Origin: Nitrospirota bacterium
GTDB taxonomy: Bacteria > Nitrospirota > Thermodesulfovibrionia > Thermodesulfovibrionales > Dissulfurispiraceae
Direction: 5' to 3'
Assembly: GCA_963790025.1 (NCBI GenBank)
Contig: CAWBMP010000003.1
Coordinates: 1-64,000, forward strand
DNA length: 64,000 nucleotides
Part shown: positions 1 through 10,738 of the stretch, piece by piece
How the letters are laid out: every line of letters begins with the position of its first letter
How positions within the stretch are numbered: position 1 is the first letter of the stretch
The notes under the pieces: generated by a model
Told to the model about the DNA's origin: nothing
Databases searched by the model: none
Seen by the model: the letters and a program-made list of their open reading frames with translations, nothing else
Program-made: the position numbers and the translations under genes

Positions 1-101
1 TCCGCAGGTGTCAATTTTGCCGCGTTTGTTTTGAGGATACCGGGACCAATAATGCTGAGGAGGAGGAAAGCAAGAAAAGTCAGTTTACGCGGATTGAACA
101 T
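1..101 (-). CDS. N-terminus of a secreted protein, truncated by the window edge, downstream of the c-di-GMP-I riboswitch
   Basis: ATG at 101 (-) reads MFNPRKLTFLAFLLLSIIGPGILKTNAAKLTPA, signal-peptide-like; GAGGG upstream. Confidence 0.6.
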   Translation of the reverse strand, partial: MFNPRKLTFLAFLLLSIIGPGILKTNAAKLTPA

Positions 102-162
102 GCCAACCCTCTGTAAGCAGTTCTTCTCTCCGTAAAAACGGTCCCTGCTTAAGAGGGGTTCG

Positions 163-248
163 TTTTTTCGGCGACCCGGCTGTCCTGCAATGCAGAACCC
201 GTGGCTTTGCGCCCCATGGTTACCCATGGTTTGCCCTTTTCGAAAACG
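163..248 (-). promoter_or_regulatory. c-di-GMP-I (GEMM-I) riboswitch aptamer
   Basis: Minus strand CGAAAAGGGCAAACCATGG-GTAA-CCATGGGGCGCAAAGCCACGGG...ACAGCCGGGTCGCCGAA matches the GEMM consensus (GGCAAACC, GNRA loop, CGCAAAGCC); terminator-like hairpin follows at ~135-168. Confidence 0.9.
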
Positions 249-446
249 ATCGGCAATTTGCCTTGGATGTAATATAGCACTCTCTCATTTTAGTGTCAAG
301 TAAGAATGTGGAAAAATTCATTAAATACCTACTGCTGGTAGAGGCACTTGACTAAGGTAAAGAAATGCTTTATACATTTAATTAGTTAATGACTATGAGA
401 CGGATTTCAGTCTGGAAACACGAACAACTCAAGTATTTACACCGGA

Positions 447-1559
447 ATGAGAGCTGGCGTTTTAAAATATTCAATTGAAGAAATCTTTTCTGCTGCATGC
501 ATAACCATAAACGGCACTAATCCATGCGACATCAGGATCAATGACGGGCGTTTTTACAAGCGGGTCACCTGCAACGGCAGCCTGGGCCTTGGAGAAGCAT
601 ACATGGACGGATGGTGGGATTGTGATAACCTCGATGATTTTTTCTATCGGCTCATGGCCTCCGATGCCGAAAACAAGGTTGTAAAGGATTGGAGGTCGGT
701 TCTTCGGGCTTTACTCTGCAATGTGAACAACAAAGCGAGGGCCTTTCAGATCGGGGAAAGGCATTATGATATCGGAAACGAACTCTATAAGCACATGCTT
801 GACAAGAGGATGACCTATAGCTGCGGCTACTGGAAAGGCGTAAAAAATCTTGATGCGGCTCAGGAAGCCAAGCTTGACCTTATATGCAGGAAGCTCTATC
901 TCCAGCCCGGCGATAAAATTCTCGACATCGGCTGTGGATGGGGAAGTTTCATAAAATATGCGGCCGAAAAATACGGTGTCAAAGCGGTCGGGATAACGGT
1001 ATCCAAAAATCAGGCTGAGCTTGCAAAAGAGATGTGCGCGGGGCTGCCTGTAGAAATCAGGTTGCAGGACTATCGCGGCCTCGATGAAAAGTTTGATCAT
1101 ATCGTTTCTGTTGGAATGTTCGAACACGTCGGATACAAGAATTACCGGACTTTTATGGAGATTGCCCGGAAGTGTCTGCGCGATGACGGGCTTTTACTTC
1201 TGCATACTATCGGCGAAAACTGCTCGCAGGTTGCCATGGAGCCATGGATAGATAAATATATATTTCCGAACTCACTTATACCCTCTGTGCGGCAGATTAG
1301 CGCTGCCATAGAAAAAATATTTATCATGGAGGACTTGCACAATTTCGGCATTTATTACGATCCGACTCTTACCTCATGGTTCAATAATTTCAATAGGAGT
1401 TGGGACACATTGAAAAGTCAGTACGATGACCGGTTTTATCGCATGTGGAAATACTATCTGCTGAGCAGTGCAGGGACCTTCCGGGCTCGTTGTCTGCAGG
1501 TGTGGCAGATTGTTCTCTCCAAAAAAGGAGTTCCTGGAGGATACACTCAGAGCCGCTGA
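447..1559 (+). CDS. cfa: Cyclopropane fatty acyl phospholipid synthase
   Basis: HYDIGN, MTYSCGYW, LDIGCGWG, VSVGMFEHVG motifs. Confidence 0.92.
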   Translation: MRAGVLKYSIEEIFSAACITINGTNPCDIRINDGRFYKRVTCNGSLGLGEAYMDGWWDCDNLDDFFYRLMASDAENKVVKDWRSVLRALLCNVNNKARAFQIGERHYDIGNELYKHMLDKRMTYSCGYWKGVKNLDAAQEAKLDLICRKLYLQPGDKILDIGCGWGSFIKYAAEKYGVKAVGITVSKNQAELAKEMCAGLPVEIRLQDYRGLDEKFDHIVSVGMFEHVGYKNYRTFMEIARKCLRDDGLLLLHTIGENCSQVAMEPWIDKYIFPNSLIPSVRQISAAIEKIFIMEDLHNFGIYYDPTLTSWFNNFNRSWDTLKSQYDDRFYRMWKYYLLSSAGTFRARCLQVWQIVLSKKGVPGGYTQSR

Positions 1560-1572
1560 AAGGGAATTAACA

Positions 1573-3873
1573 TTACTGCGGGGAATCCGGTTTTTGGGCG
1601 ACCGGCACAGCATTGTCAACAGGGATTGTAAAGTAAAACGTAGAGCCTCCTGCAGGATTAGGCGTTGCCCAGATCCGGCCACCATGCCGTTCGACAATCT
1701 CTTTGCAGGTTGCCAGACCAATACCGGTCCCAGGCTGGTCTGTGCTAAGGCGCTGGAACATCCCGAATATCCGCTCCAGGCCCTTTGAGTCTATTCCGAT
1801 ACCATTGTCCTGAATGGAGAATAACCATTCTGTTCCTTTTTGTTCAGCAGATATGAGAATGCTCGGAGCTTCTCCGCTTCGGTACTTGACGGCATTGTCA
1901 ATCAAGTTCTGAAATAAACTGATTATCTGCGGCTCATCTGCGCTAACCGTTGGAAGATCATCATATGTCAGCACAGCATCATTCGCTTTAATGAGTGCAT
2001 TAAGATTGAGAATTGCCTCCCTGACGGCAGATGCGCAATCAACGGGCTTGAATTGTTGCTTTTTTGTTTTCGCCTGCGAGTAGTCTAACAGGTCCCTTAT
2101 AAGATCCAGCATCCTGTCGACCCCCTTACCGATATCATTAAGGATTTCATCAGCACCTGCATCGAGTTTACCCTTGTAACGCCTTGTCAGTAAGTTTACG
2201 AACCCGCCAATTGTGATCAATGGCGACTTAAGATCGTGTGATATCACATGAGTAAAATTTTTGAGGTTAGTATTGGAAAGTTTCAACTCATTTGCCAGTT
2301 CCGTCAATTCCTGTTCTGTTCGTTTGCGCATTTCTATTTCTTCCCTTAATTGATCATTCAGATTCGATAATTCAACGGTACGTTCCTCCACGCGGTGTTC
2401 CAAACCGGCGTGTGCTTCCTTCAGCGCCTTTTCAGCCATCTTGCGGTCGGTGATGTCTCTGCATATGCCCATCACAGCTTGCTTGCCTTCAAATTCAATT
2501 ATCCTCGCATTAACTTCAGTCGGGACAACAGTGCCATCGTGCCTTACCTGGGCGGTCTCGAACACAAAGGTGCTGTTGTCATTCAGTCTTTCAATGCGTT
2601 CAAACACAAGCGAAGCATTTTCGGGCGTATAGATATCGACCGGTCTCATCCGCATCAGCTCATCTCTATTGTAACCGAGTCGTCCGCAAGCTACGCTATT
2701 CACTTCAAGCATATTTCCCTGCAGGTCACAAATGAAAATGGCATCACCGGCATTATTAAATATAGTCTTGAATTTTGTTCCTGAGGCCCTTAATTCATAA
2801 TCGATTTGATCGAGTGCCATGGCCATCTTATTAAAACTCCGTCCGAGTTGGGCTATTTCATCCCTGTTATCAGAAATATCCACCCTCGCACTCAGGTTCC
2901 CGCTTGCCAATTCATTTGTTGCATTCGTGAGTTCTTTCATTCGACGCAATATGAAAATATCACCGCCAAACCAGGCAGCGGCACTTGCCAGAACCGCTGT
3001 TATAAAGAGCCATAGCATGTTTTTCAGGAGCTTTCTATTAACACTTGAAAAAGCCGCCTCCGGCGAAATGCCAAAACAAACGTACATGCCATCGCCTGTC
3101 CCTTTCACAGAGACGAATGAAAATATTCTTTTATGCCCCTCCAGTCCCTCGGCTTCGACCGTGCCCTCCTTTTTCGCCAGAATTGTTTTCACGAGTCCGG
3201 TCTCCAATACTTTTTTACCTATCCACCCTTCCGGATTGGGATAACGCGACAGAATTGTTCCCTCGCGATCAATGACAATGATGGATGCTTTTGTCGGGAT
3301 CTTTATTTTTGAGAGTTGCTCATTAAACGAACTTAAATCAAATGCCGCAGCGACTACGGCCTTTAGCTGTCCCCTCTTGTCAATTACCGGAATGCCTGCA
3401 CAAATTGTAGGTTTACTGCTAATTCGCCCGATGTGATATTCTCCAAAATTATATGACCTGGTTTCAAGTATTCGCAGAAACCAGTGACGGTCTGCCACGT
3501 TTAATTTCCCTTCCACAGGAAGTGCACTGCAAAAAAGATCGCCGTTAGGCTTTACTGCAAAGAAACTGCGATACATCGGCAAATTTTTTTTGAAATTTGA
3601 AAAGGAGGCATTGCAGGCATTCGAATCATAATTGAGGACTGACGGAAGCTCTGAAAAGGCTGATAAAAATTGGCGCGATCCTTCGGCCAGTTGCTCTATC
3701 TGGGCGGAGGCATTCTTGACTAACTGGAAAGTATTAGCCCTGATCTCGGCCTCTGCGTCATTCTTTTGCTCGGATGCGCTATAGAACAAGAGAATTAATG
3801 CAGGAAGAAGAGAAGTGAAAACCAGGATTAGAAGCCGGGCACGAAGGCTCAAAAAAGGAAAGTATTTTATCAT
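1573..3873 (-). CDS. Sensor histidine kinase (TM-Cache-TM-HAMP-PAS-HisKA-HATPase)
   Basis: Two TM helices, HAMP DEIAQLGRSFNKM, H-box ISHDLKSPL, NLIDNAVKY, DNGIG, GTGIGL. Confidence 0.92.
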   Translation of the reverse strand: MIKYFPFLSLRARLLILVFTSLLPALILLFYSASEQKNDAEAEIRANTFQLVKNASAQIEQLAEGSRQFLSAFSELPSVLNYDSNACNASFSNFKKNLPMYRSFFAVKPNGDLFCSALPVEGKLNVADRHWFLRILETRSYNFGEYHIGRISSKPTICAGIPVIDKRGQLKAVVAAAFDLSSFNEQLSKIKIPTKASIIVIDREGTILSRYPNPEGWIGKKVLETGLVKTILAKKEGTVEAEGLEGHKRIFSFVSVKGTGDGMYVCFGISPEAAFSSVNRKLLKNMLWLFITAVLASAAAWFGGDIFILRRMKELTNATNELASGNLSARVDISDNRDEIAQLGRSFNKMAMALDQIDYELRASGTKFKTIFNNAGDAIFICDLQGNMLEVNSVACGRLGYNRDELMRMRPVDIYTPENASLVFERIERLNDNSTFVFETAQVRHDGTVVPTEVNARIIEFEGKQAVMGICRDITDRKMAEKALKEAHAGLEHRVEERTVELSNLNDQLREEIEMRKRTEQELTELANELKLSNTNLKNFTHVISHDLKSPLITIGGFVNLLTRRYKGKLDAGADEILNDIGKGVDRMLDLIRDLLDYSQAKTKKQQFKPVDCASAVREAILNLNALIKANDAVLTYDDLPTVSADEPQIISLFQNLIDNAVKYRSGEAPSILISAEQKGTEWLFSIQDNGIGIDSKGLERIFGMFQRLSTDQPGTGIGLATCKEIVERHGGRIWATPNPAGGSTFYFTIPVDNAVPVAQKPDSPQ

Positions 3874-3930
3874 CAGTTGCTTTCTACATTTGCTCGAGCG
3901 GAGAAGAGATTTTTCATTCTAAATTCTTTC

Positions 3931-4074
3931 TTAATAAATAAACGGATGGACCAATATCTCCCATACCTTACTAATCTTCATTGCCATTCTGTGGGAAACA
4001 ATACGACAAAGTCTACAGTAAATATGGACTGAATTCAGACGGTGCTGTATTTTGTGATGAAAAGTTGTCGGCAT
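3931..4074 (-). CDS. Small hypothetical protein (47 aa)
   Basis: GAGGTG SD, then MPTTFHHKIQHRLNSVHIYCRL...; co-oriented with the kinase. Confidence 0.55.
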   Translation of the reverse strand: MPTTFHHKIQHRLNSVHIYCRLCRIVSHRMAMKISKVWEILVHPFIY

Positions 4075-4253
4075 AACCTTCACCTCATGCAAAAATAATA
4101 ACATATTGCATGCCGGACTTTCCTCCCTCTCAGCTTGCCGCAGGAAGCATTTGCTCGTAACGCCCACAATAACAGATTTGGCCGGGCGGAGCATTTTAAC
4201 CGGCAGGTGAAAATATACTGGCCTGACCGCGTTGTAAAAAGTTATAATTCCCC

Positions 4254-4853
4254 ATGCAATCAGGAGAAGAAAAGGCGTGGCAACTCCTAGAGGAAGCGAA
4301 TCCGGAAGTTGTCTGTAACAATGCAGCAGTGCGGTTCGATGCGGCAACAGGCAGGTACATTCTCAAATCCTTCGGTATGGACTTTTCCATCGTGTCAGGA
4401 GAAAAGCTGATTGAAAGCAGCGCAGCCGACAGTGGTATGCTGTTAGGCAGGCTCAGCTATTTTTTCAGGCTTTCAGTTCTGTGGTATATGGTAAGTGCGA
4501 AGGATATCAGGCTTTCAGGAAGGCTGGTGAAGCCTGAAAACCTGACCGGAGGGCTTAATTTTTTCAGGGGCTCGCATGTCATGCCGCTCGACAAGGTGGC
4601 ATGTAAATATGCCAATGATGTTAAGGGTTTTATAGAGAAGGGTGCTCATTTTGGTGGAGCGCCTGTTCAATTCGGCGATGCCGCATTTGTTCTCATGCCA
4701 TTTCCGAGGATTCCGGTCACTGCAATACTTTGGGCCGCCGATGAAGAGTTCGATGCACGCGTCGATTTGCTTGTCGATACCTCGTGTGAACTTCAGGTGC
4801 CGCTCGATATCATCTGGAATATTTCAATGATGAGCCTGCTGCTGTTGCTCTAA
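4254..4853 (+). CDS. DUF3786 domain protein
   Basis: GGLNFFRGSH, PFPRIPV, LWAADEEF motifs. Confidence 0.75.
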   Translation: MQSGEEKAWQLLEEANPEVVCNNAAVRFDAATGRYILKSFGMDFSIVSGEKLIESSAADSGMLLGRLSYFFRLSVLWYMVSAKDIRLSGRLVKPENLTGGLNFFRGSHVMPLDKVACKYANDVKGFIEKGAHFGGAPVQFGDAAFVLMPFPRIPVTAILWAADEEFDARVDLLVDTSCELQVPLDIIWNISMMSLLLLL

Positions 4854-4930
4854 AACAGCTAAGAGTTAAGAGTCCAAAGCCAATAGCCAAAGACAAAGAT
4901 AAAAAGGAGACTTAAGCTATCTTTTAGCTC

Positions 4931-5470
4931 TCAGCTATCAGCTATCAGCATTTTAAGCAGTGCCCTTGATATAGAGAAGAGACGAAGGTAACGCTCATCG
5001 CAATAATCCCTGTATGTGTGGGTAAAAGGAACATAACATTCCTTGTCTTTATTGTACGCGAGGGTAACTTCTGCAAATATGCCGTCAGTGAGATATAGTC
5101 TGTGAGAGTAGTCTTTTGTGGTGGACAGCACGAGTTTTGCGACAGTCAGGTAGCCCGGGTCGAGATTTATCGTCCGTTTTCCGTCGATAGACAGCGTGTT
5201 TTCAATTTCACAGGTTTTAAGCTTGGCTGCTGCCAGGTAGTCCTGCTCTATCAGCTTCCTGTGAAAGATAAATCGCCGGAATATCGGTTCGCCCAGTTCC
5301 TCTTTATAGTGTTCTGAAAAATCCCATTGTATTGCTGGGCTTTCCATGACCGCTTCGCCGAAGCATTCTTCCAGAGTTGGCAGTGCCTTGAGATATGCGC
5401 CCTCGTTTGTATAAAGCGTGCCGACAAGAAGCAGGGCTTTATCAGGAGGTGTCGGGGATCTTCGTCTCAT
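4931..5470 (-). CDS. DUF4416 family protein
   Basis: RTINLDPGY, LSTTKDYSHRLYL, YRDY motifs; ATG at 5470. Confidence 0.8.
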   Translation of the reverse strand: MRRRSPTPPDKALLLVGTLYTNEGAYLKALPTLEECFGEAVMESPAIQWDFSEHYKEELGEPIFRRFIFHRKLIEQDYLAAAKLKTCEIENTLSIDGKRTINLDPGYLTVAKLVLSTTKDYSHRLYLTDGIFAEVTLAYNKDKECYVPFTHTYRDYCDERYLRLFSISRALLKMLIADS

Positions 5471-5487
5471 CGGCGACTCATTGCCGG

Positions 5488-6011
5488 CTATTCGTTTTCG
5501 AGGCTGGTCAGTGCGGCCGTTACTTCCGGTGAATCCCACTGCAGGGGCCCCACTACTTTTTGCCTGATAATGCCCTTTTTATCTATCAGGAAAGTTTCAG
5601 GTACGCCTGTAATGCCATAGAGTTCGGCTACGTTCCTGTTATCGACAAGTACCGGAAAAGCAAAGCCATTTGCCTTCAGATATGCGAGCGCTTTTGCCGG
5701 GTCGTCATTGTAAAGCACTGAAATAAAGAGCAGCGCGTTGTTCTCCTTGTTGGCATTGATGAGATTCTGAATAGAGGGGAGTTCATCCTTGCATGTTTCA
5801 CACCAGGAGGCCCAAAGATTGAGAAGGACTACTTTCCCCCTCAGATCGGCAAGCCTCCATAGTTTGCCGTCGGTGTCCCTAAGCTCGAAGAGGGGGACTG
5901 AAGGCCGACCGCAACCTTTTTTTTGGGCAGGTCCTGATTCTTGGTAAGAAGTGCAACGCCGCCAATGCCCAGGACCAAGATGATAGCAAGAATAATACCT
6001 TTATTTTTCAT
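5488..6011 (-). pseudogene. TlpA/ResA-like thiol-disulfide oxidoreductase with a 1-nt frameshift (real or sequencing error)
   Basis: N-terminal TM from ATG 6011; NLWASWCETC and YGITGVPETFLID lie in another frame; total span 524 nt, one base short of in-frame. Confidence 0.8.
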
Positions 6012-6133
6012 AGAAAACGTTCAGCGCACTGCATTGTGTGTACTGAATAAAAAACGTTCAGCGTATTGCGTTGCGCATACTACGTTGTAAAGGCTGCTTC
6101 AAGGCTGTCAACGCTGAACGCTGAATGCATTTA

Positions 6134-8584
6134 CTAATTGACTGAAACCAGCATCTGGCTTTCGATCTCTTCGAAAACTATCTTGTCCGTCTTCAGTACC
6201 ACTCTTACTGCAGATGTATCTTTGAAACTGTTTCTGATCAGTTCTTCTGAAAGAGGATCTTCTATTTCGCGATAAATGGCCCTGCGCATGGGCCGTGCTC
6301 CATAAGTGGGCTGATAATATTTATTGAGCAGCCATTCTTTCACTTCAGGCGACACCTCGATTGTCAGTGCGTGTTCGGCCAGTTTCTTGTTGGTTTCTAT
6401 AAGCAGCAGATCGATTATGGACAACAGGTGTTCTTTCTCCAGCGTGTGGAAGACCACCGTTTCATCGACGCGGTTCAGAAACTCGGGATTAAAGGTCTTT
6501 TTAAGCTCAGACAGTACATTGTCCTTAATTTTCGCATATGCATCACCGGCAGACGGGATATGAAAACCCAGCGGCGTTGCCTTTTCGATTATTCTCGCCC
6601 CGAGATTGGAGGTCATAACGATAATTGTGTTTCTAAAGTCTATCTTTCTGCCGTAACTGTCCGTCAGCACGCCCTCATCCAGGATCTGCAGCATAGTGTT
6701 GAATACATCCTGATGGGCCTTCTCGATCTCATCAAAAAGTATGACAGAATAGGGCCGCTTCCTGATCTTCTCGGTAAGTTGTCCTCCCTCATCATAGCCC
6801 ACGTAGCCGGGAGGCGCACCAGTCAGGCGTGACACGTTAAAACGTTCCATATATTCAGACATGTCGACTTTAACGAGGGAGTTTTCGTCGTTGAACATGA
6901 ACTCGGCCAAGGCCTTTGCAAGCTCTGTCTTGCCTACTCCGGTAGGTCCGAGGAAGAAGAATGAGCCTATAGGCCTGTTTTTGTTCTTCAGTCCCGCACG
7001 GGATCTGCGGATAGCACGTGAAACGGCCCTTATTCCTTCATCCTGCCCTATGATGCGGTGATGGAGAACTTCTTCCATCTTCAAAAGCTTCTCCGATTCC
7101 GTTTCCTCGAGCTTGTGAAGCGGGATTCCGGTCATTTTTGAAACAGTATAGGATACGTCCTCCTCACTTACCGATGGGACCTCTTTATTCAGTGAGTCTT
7201 TCCATTTTTTATAATGAAGATCATAGGACTTTTTCATCCTGTCTTCCTGTTCCCTGACGGTCTGTGCCTTGTCGATATCGTGCAACCGTACGTAGAGCGA
7301 CTTCTCCTTCGAAAGCTGGATCAGCTCGTTTTCCATGTCTCTCAATTCCTGCGGCATCGTGGCCCTTTTCAGCTTGATTCTCGACCCTGTTTCGTCGATG
7401 ACATCGATTGCCTTGTCAGGAAGAAACCTGTCGGTTATATATCTGTCAGACAGCTTGACGGCTGCCACTACCGACTCATCGGTAATTTTTACTTTATGAT
7501 GGCTTTCATAGCGGGGGCGCAAACCTTTCAAAATATCTATGGTTGTTTCTGCGGCAGGAGGCTGGATATATATTGACTGGAACCTGCGCTCCAGCGCACC
7601 GTCTTTCTCGATATATTTTCTGTATTCATCAGGAGTTGTAGCCCCGATGCACTGCAACTCCCCCCGTGAAAGAGCAGGTTTCAACATATTGGAGGCATCA
7701 ACAGACCCTTCCGCAGCTCCAGCCCCGATAAGCGTGTGGAACTCATCGATAAAGAGAATTGTATTCTCGGACTGAAGTATTTCACGCATAACAGCCTTCA
7801 GCCTTTCTTCAAATTGGCCCCGGTATTTTGTTCCCGCAATAAGGGCGCCCAAATCAAGCGAAATAATTCTCTTGCCGATAAGGCTGTCAGGCACATCACC
7901 CGCAACGATTTTTTGGGCCAGTCCCTCAACAATTGCGGTCTTGCCGACACCGGGTTCACCTATAATGGCAGGATTGTTCTTAATCCTTCTGCCTAATATT
8001 TGCAGTACGCGCTCAATTTCATCCTCCCTGCCTATAACAGGGTCCAGCTTGCCTTCTATCGCCAGCAGGGTCAGGTCCCTGCCGAATTCGTCCAGGGCAG
8101 GCGTATTGGTTTTCCTGCGCTCTTTCTGGATGGGCTGCTGGAACTGCGGTTTAACGGCAAGATTAATAGTAAGCTGCCTGGCAGCAAGAAGGTTTGCTCC
8201 CAGGTTTCTTATGACCTTTCCGGCAACGCCCTCGTCTTCTCTGATAATGCCTAAAAGAAGGTGCTCGCTCCCGATATAATTGTGGCCCAAAAGCCTGGCT
8301 TCTTCAATCGCAAGCTCAAGTACCTTTTTTGCACGCGGAGTAAACGGAATATCGCCGAACGTAAGCAGGCTGCCCCCAATAGGGAGATTTTTTTCAACTT
8401 CAAATTTTACCTCATCTATTGTAAGGCCCATCTTTTTTATGATGGTGATGGGGATGCTGTCTTCTTCTCTTAAGATAGCCAGCAGAAGATGTTCCGTCCC
8501 CAAGTAGTCATTGTTCCGCCTTTCCGCTTCTTCCTTGGCGTATATTATAATTTTCCTGCCTCTTTCCGTGAACTTTTCAAACAT
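6134..8584 (-). CDS. clpC: ATP-dependent Clp protease ATP-binding subunit ClpC
   Basis: Clp N repeats, [23 protein letters not shown]. Confidence 0.93.
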   Translation of the reverse strand: MFEKFTERGRKIIIYAKEEAERRNNDYLGTEHLLLAILREEDSIPITIIKKMGLTIDEVKFEVEKNLPIGGSLLTFGDIPFTPRAKKVLELAIEEARLLGHNYIGSEHLLLGIIREDEGVAGKVIRNLGANLLAARQLTINLAVKPQFQQPIQKERRKTNTPALDEFGRDLTLLAIEGKLDPVIGREDEIERVLQILGRRIKNNPAIIGEPGVGKTAIVEGLAQKIVAGDVPDSLIGKRIISLDLGALIAGTKYRGQFEERLKAVMREILQSENTILFIDEFHTLIGAGAAEGSVDASNMLKPALSRGELQCIGATTPDEYRKYIEKDGALERRFQSIYIQPPAAETTIDILKGLRPRYESHHKVKITDESVVAAVKLSDRYITDRFLPDKAIDVIDETGSRIKLKRATMPQELRDMENELIQLSKEKSLYVRLHDIDKAQTVREQEDRMKKSYDLHYKKWKDSLNKEVPSVSEEDVSYTVSKMTGIPLHKLEETESEKLLKMEEVLHHRIIGQDEGIRAVSRAIRRSRAGLKNKNRPIGSFFFLGPTGVGKTELAKALAEFMFNDENSLVKVDMSEYMERFNVSRLTGAPPGYVGYDEGGQLTEKIRKRPYSVILFDEIEKAHQDVFNTMLQILDEGVLTDSYGRKIDFRNTIIVMTSNLGARIIEKATPLGFHIPSAGDAYAKIKDNVLSELKKTFNPEFLNRVDETVVFHTLEKEHLLSIIDLLLIETNKKLAEHALTIEVSPEVKEWLLNKYYQPTYGARPMRRAIYREIEDPLSEELIRNSFKDTSAVRVVLKTDKIVFEEIESQMLVSVN

Positions 8585-8718
8585 CTTTTTTTCTCCTCAC
8601 AAAAACTTGTGATGTCACTGCCTATCCTAAAAAAATTCTACTTCTTTTAGATTGCTACTGTCAACTGAACAGTGCATTCCCCTTGTTTTCCTCTCCCCCT
8701 ATTATATATCTTTAAAGG

Positions 8719-10710
8719 ATGTATGTAAACGTGGCTTTTCCACTGAGAATATCTCCTCTCACTTATAAGGCGCCTGCAGGCGCTCCGGTTGACCTGATCG
8801 GAAGAATAGTGCGGGCCCCGCTTATGGGCAGAAGCATTTATGGTCTTGTCATGAGTACCTGCGAAGGGGCGGAAATGAAAATAAAAAAAGAGATCAGGGA
8901 CATCCAGGCAATTTATCAAAGCGTTATGTCCCCTCAGACCATTGCATTCATTCAATGGCTGGCAGACTATTATATAAGTCCGGTAGGTACAGCTCTCAGA
9001 AGCACTTTTTTTGAAGAAATCACGGCTATTGTGACAAAAAAGGCAGAAGAGCAGGCGGAAGCGACCATTCGCCCGGAGTCGTTCCGACCCGTTACAATTC
9101 ATTGTGAGGCGGCAAATAATGCCGTACTCTCCCACATTTGCACGGACATACTCCTGAATGAGTACCGTTCATTTCTTTACCATGCCGAGTCAACAACTGA
9201 AGAAAGATTGTTATTGATGTCGGCATTGATGCATTTGAAGGACTCGCTTAGCCATGCGGTAATACTTGTTCCTGAAATTGCCCATCTGGAACACATCGTG
9301 CCATCACTCAAAAACCTTTTCGGCGGACGGCTCTGCGTACTACACAGCAAACTTACGCGAAAGGAGACGGCCGGAGCACTTGGTAAAATTATTACAGGGG
9401 AGTCGGATATTATTGCCGGGACGCGTTCAGCTATACTCGCGCCTCTCAAGAAGATTTCCTTTATAGCCGTGCTTGCCGAGCACAGCCGTTTCTATAAGGC
9501 AGAGGAGGGGCTTCGATATAATGGCAGGGACATCGCTGTAATGAGGGGATTTCACGAAAAGGCGACGGTTCTTATTTCTTCAATCTGTCCGTCAGTGGAA
9601 TCAATGTATAATGTGAAGAACGGCAAATATGTGATGCTTTCGCAGCAGACAGAGGACAAAACACAGAAGACGAATAAAGAGAAGCAGGCCTGGCGGCCTA
9701 AAATAAAAATTGTCAGCATGAGGGGACCGGGCTCCGACCAACTGCCCATGACCCCCGATATTCTCAGGGAAGCCAGGCTTCTCGCCTCACGGAAAGAACG
9801 CTTCCTTTTTCTGGTAAGCAGGAAGGGCTATTCCCTGCTGCGCTGCAAGGAATGCGGATTTATCTTGCGGTGCGGGACGTGTAATGTGCCCCTGGTTTTT
9901 CATAAAGGAGAAGGGACCTTGAGGTGCCATTATTGCGGGTTTACCGAGAAAAGTCCGGAAGTTTGCGTCCAATGCGGAGGCACTGCAATAGAAGCATATG
10001 GGGCAGGCACAGAGCGGGTCAAAGAGCAAGTTGAGGCGCTTTTGAAAGCCGAAGCCCTGATAGTTGAGAAAGGCAGGTCTGCAAGCCGCGCCTTTGGTGA
10101 AAAGAGTTCCGATCTTGCTCCATTAGTGATAGGCACCTCCTTTGTCAAGGGTCTTACTTACAGGAAAGATGCTGGGGGCGAAGAAAGACCGTTTGGCGCA
10201 GCCGCTTTTCTGAATATGGATGCACTTCTTTTGCAGCCCGACTTCAGGCTCTATGAAAGGGCTTTTCAGGAGGTAATGGCCGTTGCCCAACTGGTCAGGA
10301 CGGACGGGACCGTTTACCTGCAGACGAAAATGCCTGAGAACAGAGTATTGCGGTTTATCAGGGCCTATGATTTCGAGGACTTTTACAGGTATGAGCTATC
10401 ACAGCGAAAGGCTTTTAATAATCCTCCTTTTGTGAAGCTTATTCTCTTCACTGTTCCTGTCCTGGAGGACCCTGGACCGCTGATCGCCGAAATGCAAAGG
10501 ACCGTTGATGCTGTTAACACCGGCAAAGTAGACATTCTTGGTCCGGTAGACCTTCCGTATCATTCAAAAAAATATCATTCCTGCATACAGCTGCTTCTTA
10601 AGGCAAAGGACAGAAATGTGTTGCACGATACGGCACGGTTGATCATGAGAGGGCTCGGGAAGTTAAAAAAAGCAAAAGTAATTGTTGAAGTGGACCCGCT
10701 AAAAATTTAA
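8719..10710 (+). CDS. priA: Primosomal protein N' (PriA), helicase motifs degenerate
   Basis: PriA N-terminal domain, four CxxC pairs, GAGTER, C-terminal VEVDPL. Confidence 0.85.
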   Translation: MYVNVAFPLRISPLTYKAPAGAPVDLIGRIVRAPLMGRSIYGLVMSTCEGAEMKIKKEIRDIQAIYQSVMSPQTIAFIQWLADYYISPVGTALRSTFFEEITAIVTKKAEEQAEATIRPESFRPVTIHCEAANNAVLSHICTDILLNEYRSFLYHAESTTEERLLLMSALMHLKDSLSHAVILVPEIAHLEHIVPSLKNLFGGRLCVLHSKLTRKETAGALGKIITGESDIIAGTRSAILAPLKKISFIAVLAEHSRFYKAEEGLRYNGRDIAVMRGFHEKATVLISSICPSVESMYNVKNGKYVMLSQQTEDKTQKTNKEKQAWRPKIKIVSMRGPGSDQLPMTPDILREARLLASRKERFLFLVSRKGYSLLRCKECGFILRCGTCNVPLVFHKGEGTLRCHYCGFTEKSPEVCVQCGGTAIEAYGAGTERVKEQVEALLKAEALIVEKGRSASRAFGEKSSDLAPLVIGTSFVKGLTYRKDAGGEERPFGAAAFLNMDALLLQPDFRLYERAFQEVMAVAQLVRTDGTVYLQTKMPENRVLRFIRAYDFEDFYRYELSQRKAFNNPPFVKLILFTVPVLEDPGPLIAEMQRTVDAVNTGKVDILGPVDLPYHSKKYHSCIQLLLKAKDRNVLHDTARLIMRGLGKLKKAKVIVEVDPLKI

Positions 10711-10738
10711 ACCGAAGGTAGTGGTATTATATATAATT

